Shown here: piece by piece, positions 30,540 through 40,147 of the stretch | How positions within the stretch are numbered: position 1 is the first letter of the stretch | Layout of the letters: every line of letters starts with the position of its first letter | Virus record (IMG/VR): IMGVR_UViG_3300044972_002389 | Location: 1 to 64,000 of that record | Reading direction: 5' to 3' (one strand) | Length of the DNA: 64,000 nucleotides | Notes under the pieces: generated by a model | What the model was told of the DNA's origin: nothing | Seen by the model: the letters and a program-made list of their open reading frames with translations, nothing else | Database searches by the model: none | Position numbers and translations under genes: made by a program

Positions 30540-30713
30540 ATGTTGTTGACAAACCTCAAGCTGCTGGATGACCCTTCAAAATACCATGAACGGAAGGATT
30601 CATGCCAATCATGTTCGAGATTTACTATAATGAAGACTTGCCAGGAATGCGGATGCATCATGCTAGCGAAATGGAAGTTCCATTTCGCCAAATGCCCATT
30701 GGGCAAGTGGTAG
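30540..30713 (+). CDS. Small Cys-rich protein (57 aa; CxxC..CxxCGC..CPLGKW), not in ORF track
   Basis: Manual translation MLLTNLKLLDDPSKYHERKDSCQSCSRFTIMKTCQECGCIMLAKWKFHFAKCPLGKW*. Confidence 0.75.
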   Translation: MLLTNLKLLDDPSKYHERKDSCQSCSRFTIMKTCQECGCIMLAKWKFHFAKCPLGKW

Positions 30714-30893
30714 ATTACAAGATGATATTTGTCAAGACAATCACTACTGTCGCAGTCAATTACTATTGCAATCATTCACTATTGCAAAATAGTGCTTATA
30801 GTATCTCACTTGATAACAACAACAAAAACTCTATCTCGGAGGTCTCATCAATACTACTATGCCAAGATTCTCAGGAACTTAAGGAGACATAAT

Positions 30894-31397
30894 ATGCTGT
30901 ATTCCTATAAAAACCAATGGCCTCAGTCGTTGCCATTCAGGATAAGACTATTAGATGGTAGAACACGAACTGATCCTAGCACTTTCACTCCAGAAGAAAT
31001 TGATGATGCTGGATATGTGCCTGTAAGTGATCCTCCTCAACTACAGGACAATGAGAAATTGTTGTGGAATGATATCACAGGTGCGTGGATAGTGACCGAA
31101 TATACCCTGGAAGAACTTGAAATGCTGAAGCAGACAAAATGGAAAGATGTGCGACAACAGAGAGATATACTTATTCAGTCGGTTGCATGGAGAGTTGAAC
31201 GCTGTAATCGATACTTAAGATTGGGTCTCACTCCAATTGATGATATCCTCACTCTCGAACGCTATATTCAAGAACTAGCTGATATACCTCAAACACAACA
31301 AGATCCTTTCAATATTATTTGGCCTAGTTTACACATTGTTCCTGTGGAATCAGTGAATCCTTATCCTCCGGGATTCCTTCCGGAGATGAACGTGTAG
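30894..31397 (+). CDS. Tail fibre assembly chaperone-like protein
   Basis: ATG after AAGGAG; C-terminal WKDVRQQRDILI..YIQELADIPQTQQDPFNIIWP. Confidence 0.75.
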   Translation: MLYSYKNQWPQSLPFRIRLLDGRTRTDPSTFTPEEIDDAGYVPVSDPPQLQDNEKLLWNDITGAWIVTEYTLEELEMLKQTKWKDVRQQRDILIQSVAWRVERCNRYLRLGLTPIDDILTLERYIQELADIPQTQQDPFNIIWPSLHIVPVESVNPYPPGFLPEMNV

Positions 31398-31416
31398 TTT
31401 CAATCTCTAAATTGTA

Positions 31417-31860
31417 GTGCTATCAAAAAGTTTGTATAATTTTGTTGTGACTCTACAATTCAAATACTCTATTATCATACCAACCTACAACCACTGCAAT
31501 GACTTGTTAGAACCTTGCACTACAAGCCTTTGCTCTCATAACAAAATGACTGACGTTGAATTGATAGTCAGCGCCAATGGTTGCACAGACAACAAATGTG
31601 ACTATCTACAAGATCTACAACAGCAATTTGTCAGTGTTGGCATGGCTGATCACTGTCAAATTGTATGGAGTGATCAACCCTTGGGATAAAGTGGTGCCAA
31701 CAATCTAGCTATCAAGCTAGCCAAAGGTCAACGCATAATTTTGCTCAACAATGATGTTGTGTTTCTGCCTCAAGAGAGAAATTTTTGAATTTGAGCTCTC
31801 AATCAACCATTTGAAATCAACCCCCGAGCAGGAATAAGCTGTGTATTCAAAAGCTGGAGC
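31417..31860 (+). pseudogene. Degraded GT2 glycosyltransferase 5' fragment
   Basis: YSIIIPTYNH..VSANGCTD..LG*SGANNLAIKLAKGQRIILLNNDVV; in-frame stops at 31687, 31786 and 31792. Confidence 0.8.
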
Positions 31861-32391
31861 GGAACAAGTGGATGGAGCGGATTTAGCGGTGCGGGCACAA
31901 GTGGATTTTCTGGCACTAGTGGATGGAGCGGAACAGCCGGCAGCTCAACCTCAATTACTGCTACAAATACCACAACAAATTCAACATTTTATCCGGTTTT
32001 TGTGGACACTGCTGGCTCTAGCACTACTCCTAGGATACGCAGCACTGCAACAGCATTCACCTATAATCCTGGCACTGGTGAAGTGGCTGCTGTTGACTTC
32101 AACAGCATCAGTGATGCTGCGTTCAAAACAAACATCTCAACAATTACCGACAGTTGGGCTATTCTCAAGGAACTCAATCCCGTTAGTTTTGACTGGAAGC
32201 ATGCCAGCAAACACAGTTTTGGTTTATTGGCTCAAGAAGTAGAGCAAGTTATACCATCTCTTGTGAGTACAACCGCGTCAGGGAAAACTGTGGCATATAT
32301 TCAGTTGATACCGCTGTTGTTGAAGGCATTGCAAGAGCAGGCCGAAAGTATTGAAGTATTGAAAAAACACTTGGGACTAAATCAAAGTTAA
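31852..32391 (+). pseudogene. 3' remnant of a Gly-x-Ser tail fibre gene with peptidase S74-like chaperone domain
   Basis: SWSGTSGWSGFSG..NSTFYPVFV..FNSISDAAFKTNI..LNPVSFDWK..GLLAQEVE..; same frame as the GT2 fragment; could still be read from GTG 32002. Confidence 0.7.
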
Positions 32392-32409
32392 GTAATGTTC
32401 TCACGTCTC

Positions 32410-32417
32410 TATAAATA
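32410..32417 (+). promoter_or_regulatory. T4-like late promoter TATAAATA heading the RCC1 block
   Basis: Exact motif, intergenic, followed by AAGGAG and an ATG. Confidence 0.75.
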
Positions 32418-32450
32418 AGTGCAACCGAGTACTCTAAAAGGAGCGCGAAG

Positions 32451-32708
32451 ATGGCCATAAAAATATCAGGCGTTACAGTCATCGCCGATAACCAAAATTT
32501 GACTATTACTGGGTATGCCAATTTCAGCGGCACATCTGCACTAAAATTGCCTGTGGGCACAGATGGTGAAAGACCAACAGCAGCAACAGGACAAATCCGT
32601 TACAATACTACGCAAGCCAGTTTTGAAGGCTACGACGGCACAGTTTGGGGCAGTTTTGGTGGCCAAGACAACACTGCTCGAACACTAGCTTTGTTGGCAC
32701 TGACTTAA
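32451..32708 (+). CDS. Small virion/fibre adaptor protein
   Basis: LKLPVGTDGERP..GQIRYNT..FEGYDGTVW module, also present near the N-terminus of the 1645..9138 protein. Confidence 0.75.
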   Translation: MAIKISGVTVIADNQNLTITGYANFSGTSALKLPVGTDGERPTAATGQIRYNTTQASFEGYDGTVWGSFGGQDNTARTLALLALT

Positions 32709-32712
32709 TCAC

Positions 32713-34062
32713 ATGTCTGTGGCTGCTGGCAAACTCATCACACAAGCCAACGCATGCATTGTCTTGGCCAATCAAGATGTTCTGCAAACTGCTCAGTTGG
32801 CAGGTATTCAAGCGGCTTTGAATGGGATCTATTGTGTAGCAAATTGTGCAGCATTGCCAACAGCATGTGACAATACAGGCAGGTTTATTTGGATAACGGA
32901 CATTGGCGACTATCGCTACAGTGATGGCACCCAATGGACCAATGACTTCAATACAAATTGGACAGGCGCATGTGTGTTTGGGTGGGGTTGGAACCTCTGT
33001 GGAGGTTTGGGCAATAATACAACAACTTCCCAGAGTTCACCTGTTCGAGAAATAAGCTCAAGCTGCAATTGGGTTACTGTCACTAGCAATACAACATCAG
33101 CAGGAATAAAATCAGACCTTTCACTATGGACTTGGGGTTACAACAATTGTGGTGCACTGGGCAATAATGCAACAGCTAACCAAAGTAGTCCAGTTCGTGA
33201 AATAAGTAGTTCTTCAACCTGGACAAGTGTAGGGTCATTTGCGTTCCATCTTTTGGCTTTAAAATGTGATAGCACACTGTGGGCATGGGGCGACAACTTT
33301 TGCGGTAATTTGGGCGATGGCACCAAAACAACCCGCAGTTCTCCAATCCGCGAGGTATCATCAAGTACAAATTGGTGTTCAATCAGCAGTGGAGGGCTGC
33401 GACACTCTGCTGCTGTCAAGTCTGATGGCAGTCTGTGGACCTGGGGAGTCAACACATGTGGAGTACTGGGAACCAACAACACAACTAACTTCAGTTCACC
33501 AGTGCGAGAAATAACAAGCGGAACCTCCTGGTGCAGAATACAAAACGGTTACAACCTAGCAGTTGCGTTGAAAAAAGACAATACACTTTGGAGCTGGGGC
33601 TCAGGTGGATATGGCGTTCTCGGTAACAACTCTACCTCAAATGCCAGCAGCCCAGTTCGAGAAGTTTCCAGCTCTACAAATTGGTGCACATTTGGGCCTG
33701 GCAAGTATCATTCAAATGCTATAAAAACCGATGGCACTCTGTGGGCATGGGGTTTAAATACATGTGGAGAGCTGGGAAATAATACTGCAACCAGCCGGAG
33801 CAGTCCTATACAAGAAATTTCATCATCAACAACTTGGTGTCAAGTATCTGGTGGATGCGCGCATACCGCGGCGTTAAAAACAGATGGCACATTGTGGACC
33901 TGGGGAAATGCATCATGTGGCGCGTTGGGGAACAACACAGTTACATCAGTTTCCAGTCCTGTGAGAGAGATAACATCAGCCACGTCGTGGAGTTGTGTAA
34001 CTAGCAGTACAAGGCAAACAATGGCCATTCAAGGTAAAATTTCAGGATTTGTAGCACTATGA
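32713..34062 (+). CDS. RCC1/BLIP-II repeat beta-propeller protein 1
   Basis: 7 repeats LWxWGxNxCGxLGxN..SSPVREI..W. Confidence 0.9.
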   Translation: MSVAAGKLITQANACIVLANQDVLQTAQLAGIQAALNGIYCVANCAALPTACDNTGRFIWITDIGDYRYSDGTQWTNDFNTNWTGACVFGWGWNLCGGLGNNTTTSQSSPVREISSSCNWVTVTSNTTSAGIKSDLSLWTWGYNNCGALGNNATANQSSPVREISSSSTWTSVGSFAFHLLALKCDSTLWAWGDNFCGNLGDGTKTTRSSPIREVSSSTNWCSISSGGLRHSAAVKSDGSLWTWGVNTCGVLGTNNTTNFSSPVREITSGTSWCRIQNGYNLAVALKKDNTLWSWGSGGYGVLGNNSTSNASSPVREVSSSTNWCTFGPGKYHSNAIKTDGTLWAWGLNTCGELGNNTATSRSSPIQEISSSTTWCQVSGGCAHTAALKTDGTLWTWGNASCGALGNNTVTSVSSPVREITSATSWSCVTSSTRQTMAIQGKISGFVAL

Positions 34063-35378
34063 ACTTAAATCAAATTGAATTTGCCCTTAGCCAAAAAATC
34101 GCAGCAGGCAACGACAATCTAGATTTGCTCACATATACACGGGCTATTCAACAACTGAGAACAGGCGCTATGTTTGTTGTAGCCTGTTCTCAATTATTAC
34201 CTACTGCATCAGCCAGCAATGGTAAATTGTATTTGGTTGAAGACGCTCAAAGAGTAGTTTTCAGTAATTCTGTATTTTGGATTCCTATTGTATCACAGTC
34301 TAACACAGGTTGGGCGTGGGGGTCAAACAGTTGTGGACAATTGGGCACAAGTAATACAACCAATCAATCAAGTCCTGTCAGAGAGATTACAAGCTCCTGC
34401 AACTGGCTGCAACTCAGAGCTGGTTCGGTAAATTCAATGGGGTTAAAACAGGATAGTTCCTTATGGCTTTGGGGCAATAACGTATGTGGTCAGTTGGGAG
34501 ACAACACTGTTACCAGTAAGTCAAGTCCTGTAAGAGAAATCACCAGCAGCACAACTTGGTGTCAAATAGGTACGTCTTTTTACACAATGTCTGGTGTTAA
34601 AAGTGATGGCAGTTTGTGGGCATGGGGAAAGAACACATATGGCCAAGTGGGTGATAACACTATAGTTAACAAATCTAGCCCAGTGCGTGAAATCAGCAGC
34701 AGTGCCACTTGGTGCCAAACCTCACCTGGATATTCGCATACTGCTGCACTAAAAACAGATGGAACCCTTTGGGGTTGGGGAAATAATGGGACTGGGCAAC
34801 TGGGCACATGCAATCTGTCTAATAGGTCTAGTCCTGTGCGAGAAATTTCCAGTTCAACCAATTGGTGTCAAGTTTCTGCCGGCCTCTACGGTACCCTAGC
34901 ACTCAAAACAAGTGGTACTTTATGGGGATGGGGGTCAAACGAGTGTGGCAAATTTGGCAATAATAGCACTAGCAATGTATCAAGTCCCGTTCAAGAGATA
35001 AGTAGCTCCACCACTTGGTGTCAAACTTCCGCTGGGTTTGCTCACTCTATTGCCTTAAAAACAACTAACACACTATGGGCATGGGGTTGCAACGCTTGTG
35101 GTGCTTTAGGAGACAACTCTACTGTATCCAGGAGCTCACCAATTCAGGAAGCAACAAGTGCAACCAATTGGTGCCAAGTCACTGCCGGCTTTGGCAGAAG
35201 TGGCGCTTTAACAACCGCAAGCACTTTATGGATGTGGGGTAATAACAATTGTGGCCAACTTGGTAACAACTCTACAATCAGAAGTTTATTGCCTATACGT
35301 GAAATATCCAGTTCAAGCTCCTGGAGTGAAGTTAGCATAGGACAGGGCCTGTTTACTGTAGCCCGGCAAACAATTTAA
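34059..35378 (+). CDS. RCC1 repeat protein 2
   Basis: 7 RCC1-like repeats. Confidence 0.9.
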   Translation: MNLNQIEFALSQKIAAGNDNLDLLTYTRAIQQLRTGAMFVVACSQLLPTASASNGKLYLVEDAQRVVFSNSVFWIPIVSQSNTGWAWGSNSCGQLGTSNTTNQSSPVREITSSCNWLQLRAGSVNSMGLKQDSSLWLWGNNVCGQLGDNTVTSKSSPVREITSSTTWCQIGTSFYTMSGVKSDGSLWAWGKNTYGQVGDNTIVNKSSPVREISSSATWCQTSPGYSHTAALKTDGTLWGWGNNGTGQLGTCNLSNRSSPVREISSSTNWCQVSAGLYGTLALKTSGTLWGWGSNECGKFGNNSTSNVSSPVQEISSSTTWCQTSAGFAHSIALKTTNTLWAWGCNACGALGDNSTVSRSSPIQEATSATNWCQVTAGFGRSGALTTASTLWMWGNNNCGQLGNNSTIRSLLPIREISSSSSWSEVSIGQGLFTVARQTI

Positions 35379-35395
35379 GATAAAAGGAATAAAAT

Positions 35396-36046
35396 ATGTA
35401 TGTGTTAGTACATAACGAAAGAGTGTTGGTAGGTCCAATGAGTTGGAATAGGCCAATGTTTGAAGGCGGTCTGGACCGCCTTAAGATTTCAGCATTGCTG
35501 CCGCGCAATGACCCTGAAACCGTTCCTATTGTGATAGACGATGCCACCTATTTGACCACAGCACAGCTGGTGATACCCGATCATAACTCTCGAACACAAA
35601 CCTATTATGGTCCGTTCTGGGATTTCACTAATCCTGCAATTGCCGTTGGTACATTTGAGATCAAATACAAGCAAATTTGGGAGATACAAGCTCAGTTGCG
35701 AGACGAGGCACAAGCCAATCGCTACACTGCTGAAGTGGGTGGCACACACACTGTGATACAAGGTAAAAAAGTTACTATTGACACTAGCAGAGAAGGTAGG
35801 AACATTTTTGTGCAAAAATACTCTCTTATGGCAACTGATGAAACAGTGAATTGGAAGTTTCCGGAAACTTGGCTCACTCTCACAAAAGATGAATTAGGCC
35901 AATGCGTCGCTGCTGGTGCAGCGCATATTCAAGCCACATTTGACTGGGAAAAACTCAAAGATGATGAAATCACTGCCTCAACCACTATAGAGGAGTTGGA
36001 AGTGTTAGTGGTAGGCAACGTGCCCAATCTAGTGAGTGGTGGTTAA
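35396..36046 (+). CDS. DUF4376-like tail-associated protein
   Basis: RYTAEVGG..IDTSREGR..VNWKF..HIQATFDWE pattern; AAGGA RBS. Confidence 0.6.
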   Translation: MYVLVHNERVLVGPMSWNRPMFEGGLDRLKISALLPRNDPETVPIVIDDATYLTTAQLVIPDHNSRTQTYYGPFWDFTNPAIAVGTFEIKYKQIWEIQAQLRDEAQANRYTAEVGGTHTVIQGKKVTIDTSREGRNIFVQKYSLMATDETVNWKFPETWLTLTKDELGQCVAAGAAHIQATFDWEKLKDDEITASTTIEELEVLVVGNVPNLVSGG

Positions 36047-36057
36047 GGAAGCGCAAG

Positions 36058-37431
36058 ATGGCCAATAACCTCTGCTGTGCAACACTTCTCAACTCTGTGG
36101 TGAGCGAAATATGCTCAAGTGGCACACTCACATGCAGTATGGATGTGGTGTTAGCAGCAGCATCACAAGACGCTGTTGACAGTAATCGGAGTAGTTTCAT
36201 CAGCATAGATACCTTATTTGGTTGCAGTTGTTCAACTGGGTTACCAAATGGGCATGTTGTTTTTTTGTGCGATGCACTTGTGCCCGTAGTGAGCCTCAAT
36301 GGCTGTTGGATTGGTTTTGATGGCAGGAATTTCACTCCTACAGTGGGAGGAGCTCTTTGGAGTTGGGGCGGCAACAACAACGGTCGATTGGGAGACAACA
36401 CTATTACCAATCGCTCAAGCCCAGTAAGAGAAATCACCAGCAGCACCACTTGGTGTCAAACTTCAGCTGGCTTTTATCATACCAGTGCATTAAAAACAGA
36501 TGGCACACTTTGGAGTTGGGGCAGAGGCAACTACGGTCGATTGGGAGACAACACTGCTACAAGTAAGTCAAGTCCTGTAAGAGAAATCACCAGCAGCACC
36601 ACTTGGTGTCAAACTACGTCTGATAACAGAAGTACACATGCAATAAAAACAGATGGTTCACTTTGGAGTTGGGGCAGCAATGCCTCTGGTCAGTTGGGAG
36701 ACAACACTATTACCAATCGCTCAAGCCCAGTAAGAGAAATCACCAGCAGCACCACTTGGTGTCAAACAGCATCCAGTAATTATACTGCCAGTGCAGTAAA
36801 AACAGATGGCACACTTTGGAGTTGGGGCTCCGGCGGCTATGGTCGATTGGGAGACAACACTGCTACAAGTAAGTCAAGTCCTGTAAGAGAAATCACCAGC
36901 AGCACCACTTGGTGTCAAACTTCAGCTGGTGGTATAAGCACTAGTGCTATAAAAAAAGACGGCACACTTTGGAGTTGGGGAGGAGGTTTGCAGTTGGGAG
37001 ACAACACAACAACAAACCGGTCAAGTCCAGTGAGAGAAGCCAGCAGCAGCACTACTTGGTGTCAAACATCAGTTGGATATCGGCACGCGTCTGCAATAAA
37101 AACAGATGGCGCTCTTTGGAGTTGGGGCTCTAACGGGTGTGGTCAGTTGGGAGACAACACAACAACTGGTCGCTCAAGTCCAGTGAGAGAAATCACCAGC
37201 AGCACCACTTGGTGTCAAACTTCGGCTGGTTGTGTCAATAACAGTGCATTAAAAACAGATGGTACACTTTGGACTTGGGGAGGCAATTTGTGTGGTCAGT
37301 TGGGAGACAACACTATTACCAATCGATCAAGTCCAGTGAGAGAAATCACCAGCAGCACCACTTGGTGTCAAACTTCGGCTGGTAAAGTGGATACTAGTGC
37401 TATTAAAACTATATTAGTTGTTCCGCAATAA
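36058..37431 (+). CDS. RCC1 repeat protein 3
   Basis: 7 near-identical repeats. Confidence 0.9.
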   Translation: MANNLCCATLLNSVVSEICSSGTLTCSMDVVLAAASQDAVDSNRSSFISIDTLFGCSCSTGLPNGHVVFLCDALVPVVSLNGCWIGFDGRNFTPTVGGALWSWGGNNNGRLGDNTITNRSSPVREITSSTTWCQTSAGFYHTSALKTDGTLWSWGRGNYGRLGDNTATSKSSPVREITSSTTWCQTTSDNRSTHAIKTDGSLWSWGSNASGQLGDNTITNRSSPVREITSSTTWCQTASSNYTASAVKTDGTLWSWGSGGYGRLGDNTATSKSSPVREITSSTTWCQTSAGGISTSAIKKDGTLWSWGGGLQLGDNTTTNRSSPVREASSSTTWCQTSVGYRHASAIKTDGALWSWGSNGCGQLGDNTTTGRSSPVREITSSTTWCQTSAGCVNNSALKTDGTLWTWGGNLCGQLGDNTITNRSSPVREITSSTTWCQTSAGKVDTSAIKTILVVPQ

Positions 37432-37432
37432 C

Positions 37433-38794
37433 ATGACCACATCAGCAAAAACACTACAAACACAAATTACTTCACGTTTGGCAGCAGGTGGGCTTACTCC
37501 ATTAAGCTGTTGTCAGTTGCAGGGTGCACAATGTATTCTCGACACTCAAGCAGTGGTTTCTTTTTCCAATCTCGCTGCTTTGCCCACTGCGACCTTGAAT
37601 CAAGGAAGGATGGTGTATCTACAAGACACTTGCCAGTATCGCGTCAGTGATGGCATTTGTTGGACAACAGACTTTCGAAGCATCGTGCAGCGTGTTGAAC
37701 CCAGCGTTTTTTCTTGGGGAGCCAATGGGTTTGGTCAGTTGGGAGACAACACTGTTACTTGTCGGTCAAGTCCGGTGAGAGAAATCAGCAACAGCGGCAA
37801 TTGGTGTCAAACTTCGGCTGGTGGTGGTCACACCAGTGCAATAAAAACAGATGGCTCGCTTTGGAGTTGGGGCTATAACACGGGTGGTTCGTTAGGAGAC
37901 AACACAACAACAAGTCGCTCAAGTCCCGTAAGAGAAATCAGCAGCAGCAGTAATTGGTGCCAAACTGCGGCTGGTAGTAATAGTCCCACTAGTGCAATAA
38001 AAACTGATGGCACACTTTGGGTGTGGGGACTCAATCTCTGTGGGCAGTTGGGCGATAACACAACAACAAGTCGCTCAAGTCCGGTAAGAGAAATCAGCAG
38101 CAGCAGCAATTGGTGCCAAATTGCCTTTGGTGCGAGCATAGCTAGTGCAGTTAAAACAGATGGTTCACTATGGACTTGGGGATGTGGTATTTGGGGTCAG
38201 TTAGGAGACAACTCCACCAATACGCGGTCAAGTCCAGTGAGAGAAATCACCAGTTCCACCAATTGGTGCCAAACTTCCCCTGGAAGTCAAGTATCCAGTG
38301 CAGTGAAAACAGACTCCACATTGTGGGTTTGGGGACGCAATTTCTGCGGTACATTGGGAGACGGAACCTCAACCAATAGATCAAGTCCAGTGAGAGAAGC
38401 CCTCTCTAGTACTTCTTGGTGTCAAACTGCCTCAGGTTCCAATGCCGGCACCGCAGTAAAAACAGATGGCACACTTTGGACCTGGGGGTACGGCAGTTGT
38501 GGTGTGTTGGGAAACAACACCACCGCATGTACTGGAGTACCAGGGCGAGAAATCACCAGCAGCAATAATTGGTGTCGAACCTCAACTTCCAGAAATCAGA
38601 CAGTCAGTGCATTGAAAACCGATGGTTCACTTTGGAATTGGGGCCGGAACCAGTATGGTCAGTTGGGAGACAACACAACAACTGGTCGCTCAAGTCCAGT
38701 AAGAGAAATCAGCAGTTTTACTACTTGGTTTCAAACTTCGGCATCTGCCCATATTAGTGCCTTAAAAATCCTAACCTGCAAAGGATTCCTTTGA
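37433..38794 (+). CDS. RCC1 repeat protein 4
   Basis: 7 repeats; ATG at 37433. Confidence 0.9.
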   Translation: MTTSAKTLQTQITSRLAAGGLTPLSCCQLQGAQCILDTQAVVSFSNLAALPTATLNQGRMVYLQDTCQYRVSDGICWTTDFRSIVQRVEPSVFSWGANGFGQLGDNTVTCRSSPVREISNSGNWCQTSAGGGHTSAIKTDGSLWSWGYNTGGSLGDNTTTSRSSPVREISSSSNWCQTAAGSNSPTSAIKTDGTLWVWGLNLCGQLGDNTTTSRSSPVREISSSSNWCQIAFGASIASAVKTDGSLWTWGCGIWGQLGDNSTNTRSSPVREITSSTNWCQTSPGSQVSSAVKTDSTLWVWGRNFCGTLGDGTSTNRSSPVREALSSTSWCQTASGSNAGTAVKTDGTLWTWGYGSCGVLGNNTTACTGVPGREITSSNNWCRTSTSRNQTVSALKTDGSLWNWGRNQYGQLGDNTTTGRSSPVREISSFTTWFQTSASAHISALKILTCKGFL

Positions 38795-40134
38795 TGTCTA
38801 CCATCAATGTAGCTAATCTAGTGTTCACAATGCAGCAAAAAATATCCAGCACTACTAATGAGCAGGATTTGTTTTACTACAGCAAGGTATTGCAGCAGTT
38901 GAGAAGCGGCAAGGTGTATGTGGTGAACGCAGTGACTGATTTACCAACAGCCGCCGCAAATGTGGGTGAATTGTATTATGTTGTGTTGAATACCTCACTG
39001 TATGTGGCCACAGTTACGGGATGGGGTGTTATAGGTACTACTCCCCTAAACCAAATTTGGAGTTGGGGCTTTAACGGGTGTGGTCGGTTAGGAGACAACA
39101 CTGTCACTAGTCGCTCAAGTCCAGTGAGAGAAATCACCAGTTCCACCACTTGGTGTCAAACTTCAGCCGCCGCTGCCAACGGTGGTAGGACTAGTGCAAT
39201 AAAAACAGATAGCACACTGTGGACTTGGGGCTACAATGTCTCTGGTCAGTTGGGAGATAACACTGTTACAAGTCGCTCAAGTCCTGTAAGGGAAATCACA
39301 AGCTCAACCACTTGGTGTCAAACTTCAGCTGGTAATGCCCACACAAGCGCATTGAAAACAGATAGCACACTTTGGAGTTGGGGAAATGCATCCTGTGGTA
39401 CGCTGGGAAACAACACTGTCACTAGTCGCTCAAGCCCAGTGAGAGAAATCACCAGCTCAACTACTTGGTGTCAAACTTCGTCAGGCGGGTTTAACAGCGG
39501 CAGCCATACCAGTGCATTAAAAACAGATGGCACACTTTGGACTTGGGGCTGGAACGGTTGGGGTCAGTTGGGAGACAACACTGTTACGGCTAAGTCAAGT
39601 CCAGTGAGAGAAAGTAGCAGTTCAACCACTTGGTGTCAAACTTCAGCAGGCCCTACGAATACTGCTGCAATAAAAACAAATGGCACACTTTGGACTTGGG
39701 GAGAAAACGGGTCGGGCCAGCTGGGAAACAACACCATCACTAATAGTTCAAATCCAAACATAGAAATTACCAACAGCACCAATTGGTGTCGAACTTCAGC
39801 TGGTATCCATACCGCTGCAATAAAAACAGATGGCTCCCTGTGGACTTGGGGATACAATGGCTCTGGTCAGTTGGGAGACACCACTGTTACCAATCGCTCA
39901 AGTCCTGTAAGGGAAATCACCAGTTCCACCACTTGGTGTCAAACTTCTGTCGGGTGGATACATACCAGTGCATTAAAAATATATGGCACACTTTGGACTT
40001 GGGGCGGCAATGGCTCTGGTCAGTTGGGAGACACCACTGTTACCAATCGCTCAAGTCCTGTAAGGGAAATCACCAGTTCCACCACTTGGCGTCAAACATC
40101 AGCTGGTGGTTTTCACACCAGTGCCTTGAAGTAA
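38794..40134 (+). CDS. RCC1 repeat protein 5
   Basis: 7 repeats; TGATG coupling with the previous gene. Confidence 0.9.
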   Translation: MSTINVANLVFTMQQKISSTTNEQDLFYYSKVLQQLRSGKVYVVNAVTDLPTAAANVGELYYVVLNTSLYVATVTGWGVIGTTPLNQIWSWGFNGCGRLGDNTVTSRSSPVREITSSTTWCQTSAAAANGGRTSAIKTDSTLWTWGYNVSGQLGDNTVTSRSSPVREITSSTTWCQTSAGNAHTSALKTDSTLWSWGNASCGTLGNNTVTSRSSPVREITSSTTWCQTSSGGFNSGSHTSALKTDGTLWTWGWNGWGQLGDNTVTAKSSPVRESSSSTTWCQTSAGPTNTAAIKTNGTLWTWGENGSGQLGNNTITNSSNPNIEITNSTNWCRTSAGIHTAAIKTDGSLWTWGYNGSGQLGDTTVTNRSSPVREITSSTTWCQTSVGWIHTSALKIYGTLWTWGGNGSGQLGDTTVTNRSSPVREITSSTTWRQTSAGGFHTSALK

Positions 40135-40147
40135 ATGGAGACAGAAC

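Noticed and set aside
30602-30892. Track ORF 30602..30892 and the 5' extension 30729..30893
   Set aside because: Overlaps the more convincing Cys-rich gene; the next gene has a clear AAGGAG-ATG at 30894
31417-31860. Stop-codon reassignment suggested by in-frame TAA/TGA
   Set aside because: Two different stop types occur in one fragment, and all three stops terminate normal genes elsewhere; decay is the simpler explanation
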